From assembly GCF_032062105.1 (NCBI RefSeq), contig NW_026933211.1, positions 1 to 56,885 of the forward strand: a stretch of 56,885 nt of DNA, read 5' to 3'. The DNA comes from Saccostrea cucullata. Taxonomy: Eukaryota. The notes beneath the pieces are model-generated. The model made no database searches, was not told the origin of the DNA, and saw only the letters and a list, made by a program, of their open reading frames with translations. The position numbers were made by a program, and so were the translations under genes. Positions 51,081-56,885 of the stretch are shown piece after piece; the first letter of the stretch is position 1, and every line of letters begins with the position of its first letter.

Positions 51081-54000
51081 TTCCTCTAGAGCCTCCACCG
51101 CGTGCTCCTGTGTTCCTTCATCTGTACTCATTGCCAGAGCTAGCAGAACCTCCAAACTTAATCAAACAGAAAAAAATAGCAAAAAAAGATTATAACAGTG
51201 GTATCTTAAATTCTACAGTTTGATATAGTCTTTATGGATACATTGTTTAGAAGCACAGTTGACTCACCCTCCCTCTGCAACGATTCTGAATTTGTTGTCG
51301 TCACCAGAGGCTGCCATGGCTGCCAGCTCATACGCAGCTGTTCTCTTGTCCTTCAGTCTGAAATAAACCTTGGGCATTGAAGGTTTTCATATTTACAAAG
51401 GCAACAAGAATAGTAGACACACTGGTTACATTTAAGAATATTCTTTACAAAGGGAGCTAACCTTCCATTGCGTGCGGCTGCCATCACCATTTCAATATCC
51501 CTCTCCTGAACTAGGAATTGTTCAATATAATCTCCAATCTGCAGAGAAAAAAAAGTTCTGAAAATTTTCCCTTTCAAATGAAATATAAAGATATTCAATT
51601 ATTTATAAAATCAAAGGTAGACTGACTTTTGTATTTTCTATTTTACCTCCAGTCTAAAACTGAAGAACAACACACCCACAACAATGGCCGACAGAAGGAG
51701 AAGGAGGGACTGCATGGCGAAGAATATCGCGGTGAAGACGTTCTTATGAGAGCAGTCACTGATAAACTCCCAGTCCTTACAGCCATGATTCTGTGATACA
51801 ATATAAACTTATAGATATCAAAGAATATCGCAGTGAATACATTCTTATGAGAGCAGTCACTGATAAACTCCCATCCTTACAGCCGTGATTCTGTAATACA
51901 ATACAATCCTATCTTATAGATGTCAAATCAGGAATTTCAGAAAGCCTAGTTTTCAAGCTTTTCTTTGCACAAAAATTTAGAGTTGATCTGCATGGTATCT
52001 CGAGCAGTGGAGAATTAATATCTTTAAAAAAATATGTTTAAGATATCCAAGTAAGTTTCAAGTTCCAAACCCTTTTTCTTCATATGTTTTAACCACAATA
52101 TCTGGAATTCTCAGATATCTTAAAGCTTTTTTTCTGACAATCACATATAAGATGAAAAACTTACCACAATCACCGTCCAGGATGTGGCAGACATGTAAAT
52201 AGCTGCTCCTAGTGTCCCCAGAGAAGCCAAGAAGTATGCAATACAGAAAATAAATCTCCTGTAAACAAAGTATTATAGTGTAAGGTCAAGAAGTATGCAA
52301 TATTGAAAATAATTCTTCTGTAAACAAAGAAATCAGTAGTGATCAAGAAGTATGCCACACAGAAAATAAATCTCCTGTGAACAAATTCATTAACAATGGT
52401 GAATGGTGATTATAACTATCCTTTTATATGTTAAATAATGAAACCTCTTTGAATATTTATTTATTTAATATGTGTATTTTCTAATTTAATAACACAACAA
52501 ATATATCAAAGGCATGAACCACTGCCATGTTTGTGGTAGACTTTATCAAATAACGTGTGATTTGCTTTTATTCACTTTAATTGGAAATAAATTCTATTTT
52601 ATTAGATCTCTAATCTTATGTTTGCTGCCTGTTCCAACTCAGGGTTAAAAAATTGGGTCAGTATAATTATATACATGTTGACGGACTAGAAAATACAAGT
52701 CTTAGAATGAAAGAGAAAAATTATCCTTTTCTGGTGGTTTAAAAAAGTTTTTAGTAGAGCCACTTTTTATAGCCAGTAAGCAGAGAAATAAGCTAAACAA
52801 ACAATTTTAAAAGGTGACCTTAGCATATGCAAATCTGACTTTCAGACAAACAATACTTCTCAGTGACTTACAAATGAGTGTTATTTCCAACATATCCTCC
52901 AACTCTTGTGTACTGGGGACGAAACAAAACGGCAAAAATAAAAACTGGGAAGGTCCATAGAAAAGAGTAGTAAAAGGTCGTCACCAGGGTCAGACAGGTG
53001 GTCAGGAAGTGCATGTACAATAGGCCCTGAAACACAAGATAAAGATTCAACAATAGCTCATACAATAACAAGTTATACAGAACTACAACCTTCACTCATA
53101 GAATTTTATGCATTACTGCTGCTCAAAATTTTAGCATAATGAAACTGCTTATAGACAGTGTGATATCATAGCTGCTTTGCATCAATCTGATCAAAATCAG
53201 ATCCTTCAAAATACGCTCCTTTGTTTTTTTATTGTCGCTACATGAGGTAGTGACAATGAAGAAAACAAAAAGCAGGATGGAGTGTCGTTTGATCAGATTG
53301 TGCTTTGCATAACAAAAGTATTCATCACCAGAGACTTAGCTATAACACAGTTTGTAAATTAAGTTCATATATATATATACATTGAAGTCTTTCAGTAGTT
53401 TCTCTCTCAGTGTGAATGCTTTGATTTCCTTGTACAATGGGGCCTTGATGAGGATCGTTCGTTAGCGTTAGATCCATCTGGCAGGTAACCGACAGTAGGT
53501 CAGACATGGACACTGGTATAAGTATTTAAGTTCATATTTCTCTATAGAAATAGAATATAGAATTACATAATGTAGTTTCAACTCTTATCTATCAGCACAG
53601 ACTGCCACATTCATTCATTGAAAAAGAAACCCAATGTTATACAGGTACTATTTTTCTTTACAATTGAGATGCATGCCATGGAGAAGAGTGTAGATATAAA
53701 ATTTTTGTTTGTTAGTTCTCAATAAACAAATACTCTGTATTAACTGGTACATATGTATAAATGTAAAGTTACATGATATTAACAACTTGAGAAAAACATT
53801 TCTTCTTTTATTTTCATTTGATTTATGAGGAAAGAATATAAAATTCATACATCAGATTTCTTTGACAAAGGAATCATCTTAATCACAGAGTTGTCAACAA
53901 TATCATAATCTCTGATGAGAAAGGCATCCCTGAGGTACTGCCCTTGTAGCGAAGTCTAAACTTGGTGATCTGGGTAGCCAATCTCAAACAACTTGTGCAG

Positions 54001-54219
54001 CATGCGGGCTCAGATACGAGCAATATGAGATTGTAAATTTACAACAACAACAAATGTTCGTATGAAAAAAATTATGATGTATTATGATTGAGATTTTTTA
54101 TGTTTAACATGTTAATATACCTATACCTGTATATATATAATACATTCTGAACTGAAACAAAATCAATAGATATAAACATATGTGACTACACAAGAAAAGT
54201 AGGAGATAATGCAATGAAC

Positions 54220-54903
54220 AGGTCCGGCACAATCTCTTGATTAAGCTATATAGCTTGATTTAGCTATATAGCTTTACTAAGCTATTCAGAATAGCTTGAT
54301 TAAGCTATTTTATCCCACTTTTTTTCAAATATTTCATTTTTTCAGCATGTGCAAAAAGTTTCACTGTGGTGCAGTGGAAATATTAAACTTTGTTTTCTTC
54401 TGAATACAATGCATGTAGAAATCACTCACCAAATTGCGGTTCTTCCTCTGGAGAGACTTTATACTCAAAGTTTTAAAAGTTTTTGAGCCATTGATGTGTA
54501 ACCACACAGTTATTTTTTGAATGAAATAATAAAGGAGGCCAGTTATGGCTAAGAGGACAATTGGCAATTGATTGACCAGTAACAGTTCAACACAATGAGA
54601 AGCAATCATACTTACCGCCTCACTGCACACACAGTTACTCAAACAATGGAAATTCATATTTTGCTTAAAAGTATTAAACAGCAGCAATGTTAAGAATTTC
54701 TATGATTTCAGGTTGTATTTTTGATAGTCCATAGTACATATATGAATAGTCAAATATTTGAGACTTTTTGTTTATTTCTTGCAAAAAACGTTTTTGTAAA
54801 AAACTGCATATAAATAGCTTTATCAAGCTATTTTGACTAGCTTAATAAAGCTATATAGCTTTTTAAAGCTATATAGCTTAATCAAGAGATTGTGCTGGAC
54901 CTG
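54220..54903. mobile_element. Mirror copy of the 24036-24701 MITE
   Basis: Same TIRs, with ATGAA TSD. Confidence 0.8.
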
Positions 54904-55427
54904 ATGAATAACTACCCAATAGACAGTTTTCATTATCTGTCAATTGTATTTTGTGGAAAAAAAACTTCAGACAAAATCATATCAAAATGAGAGGGTAATG
55001 GAAAGGAGTAAAATCTAATTTCCTTGTCTATATTATGTATTCAAGAAACTTCACAAACTTTTGTTCTTTCGATGTAAATTAACATGTTAAGACTTTGAAA
55101 AAACACAAGCACCCTTCTCTGTTCTACATGGAAACTTTCAAAATGGCGTAAATCTCTTAGATAGCTCGTACATAAAATTCAACAAAAAAGTTTAGTTTTA
55201 AGTATCTAATTTGATAGAAATTATTATATCATTAATTTCATTTCAAGATTAATAAAACATAAAAATGCAGATAATTATTGATTGACCAATTTGAACGAAA
55301 ACTTAAAATAGAATAAAAAAGAAAACGATTTATCTTGCATTATGCCATTTCTATCTTGAGTTACAAAGAGTTCTGTAGTGAGTTAACATTTTTTCACTTT
55401 CAGACTCTGGTATTTATTTTTTAGACA

Positions 55428-55497
55428 ATGCCAGATCATTTGGGGGCAGACCAGAGAAAAACAAAAGAGGACAAAGAAGATGAAAAGCCAATTCAAG
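55428..55497 (+). CDS. PSMC2: Mirror copy of PSMC2 coding exon 1 (partial)
   Basis: ATG CCA GAT CAT TTG GGG GCA GAC CAG..ATT CAA G|GTAAAA is identical to 23440-23509. Confidence 0.8.
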
Positions 55498-56885
55498 GTA
55501 AAATATGGCCGATGATATATACACGACCGTCGTGCACACTATATGGAGAATATTGACCGTAGTGCAAATAGCCTGTGCAAAGTAATGAGATATACACGAC
55601 CGTAGTACATAGATATTAAGTAAAATCTATCTACACGACCGTCTTGCGTTATATAGCAATTGTATGGAAGGGAATTACCGCCAGAAGTCTATGTATCTTG
55701 CTTTTATTCTTATTCTGCCTACTTCTTTATGCTTTGTTATTATTGTAACTCATATGTCACTTTATTGTTTTCAGATTCGTCTTTATTACATTTCACTTTG
55801 ACTTTTATCCTTCTTCATTTCGTCCTTACTCCTATGTTTCTTTATTCTTGTTAAGTCATTTTATTTTCTTTTTAAATTGATAAGATATCTTGAAATGATT
55901 ATCTCTATTACGAACGTTAACTCAAATCACGCTAACAATGAAGCATATTCAATGAAGACGAATACGAGTTGTCCTAATTTAGTGCCGCATTATAACGCTA
56001 GGTGGCAGGGGTGCTCGCTAAGAGTGTTGGTAAAATTAGGTAAGCAAACCGGGCCGGGGTTATTCGAGTTTTTTTTCCCAATTTTCTGCCTTAATACTTT
56101 ATCAATCGAACTTAAATTTTCAAAGTAAATTTATTAGTTAGGGTGTGTACTGTTACATGATCCCTCGAATCGAGGGGTAATTTCCCCTGAAGACTCTGAA
56201 AGGGGAATCTTGAACGTTCAGGTGAGATCCCCGGGGTCTTTGCTATTTATAATTAACTTTTAAAATAGCCCTTATAGCAACCCCTCCGATATTTTTTAAC
56301 GTAAAACATGTTTATATATGAACTTTTAGTTTTGAAGGTTTGTCTACTTTTTCAGTAATAATATATTATAGATATCATATTAATATTAATTAATATATAA
56401 CAATAAGTTAAGTAAGATGGGGAATCTTCGCTAATTTCAGAGTCCATACTGGATATGGGCCCCCCCTCCCCTGGGAGTCGCCGCGTGGCACTGTGTTACG
56501 GCTTTCTTAGGTACAATAAGTGTAAGATCGATGAATCTCTTCAAAGATCCCACTTGGGAGTGGATTTGTCCTATGGATCTAGCCGTATCGAGGTCGTTGA
56601 GAAAAGCCAAAAAAATCCCCCATCTCAATGGCTATAAGTGGGGTAAAACAATTTCAGCTTCCACCGGCAAAGTGGCTTCTTTTTTAGAAAAATTTCCAAA
56701 ATTCCCAAATTTAAAAAATTTTTATATGGGGGGGGGAAATTTTCCCTTTAAGTTTCCCCTTTTTTGGGGGGGGGAAAAAGTAAGGGGGTCGCCCCCCCCC
56801 CCCCTTTTTTCAGTTTTTGATTTTTATATTAAAAACAAAAAAAAAATTTTTAAAAAACCCCCCCCCCCCCCGAATTTTGATTTAG

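Larger units (their letters stand above)
47352..55085 (-). pseudogene. Mirror copy of the UBL-TM-ARM gene, disrupted (probably by consensus errors)
   Basis: Exons 4-10 and 13-16 are intact. The exon 1 donor and exons 2, 3 and 12 are garbled or frameshifted. Exon 11 survives only as scraps at ~49500-49532 and ~49838-49855. Confidence 0.75.

Noticed and set aside
56125-56885. G/C/A/T homopolymer-rich terminal segment (possible G-quadruplex or telomere-like DNA)
   Set aside because: It is a degraded mirror of ~21760-22810, most likely low-quality unpolished read sequence.

Overview
This is AT-rich, intron-containing animal genomic DNA. The repeat families suggest an oyster or related bivalve (inference). 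Three spliced genes can be reconstructed by hand with GT-AG introns and consistent phases. PSMC2/Rpt1 (26S proteasome ATPase) has 11 exons on the minus strand and encodes 433 aa. Head-to-head with it is an unnamed 16-exon gene encoding a 648-aa ubiquitin-like + ~4 TM + armadillo-repeat protein. ICMT has 4 exons and encodes 295 aa. Positions ~21760-38349 recur as an inverted copy from 38722 to the window end. That mirror arm holds an intact but diverged ICMT, a damaged copy of the UBL-TM-ARM gene and PSMC2 exon 1. It also has garbled patches, which suggest a fold-back or haplotype assembly artefact, although a real inverted duplication is not excluded. The most striking pattern is that each of the three genes carries a minisatellite built from its own exon end plus 5' splice site (about 14, 25 and 28 copies). 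Two 3' splice sites are also tandemly duplicated. Introns and intergenic DNA are full of transposon relics, including a miniature LTR element whose LTRs each contain a tRNA-like cloverleaf.
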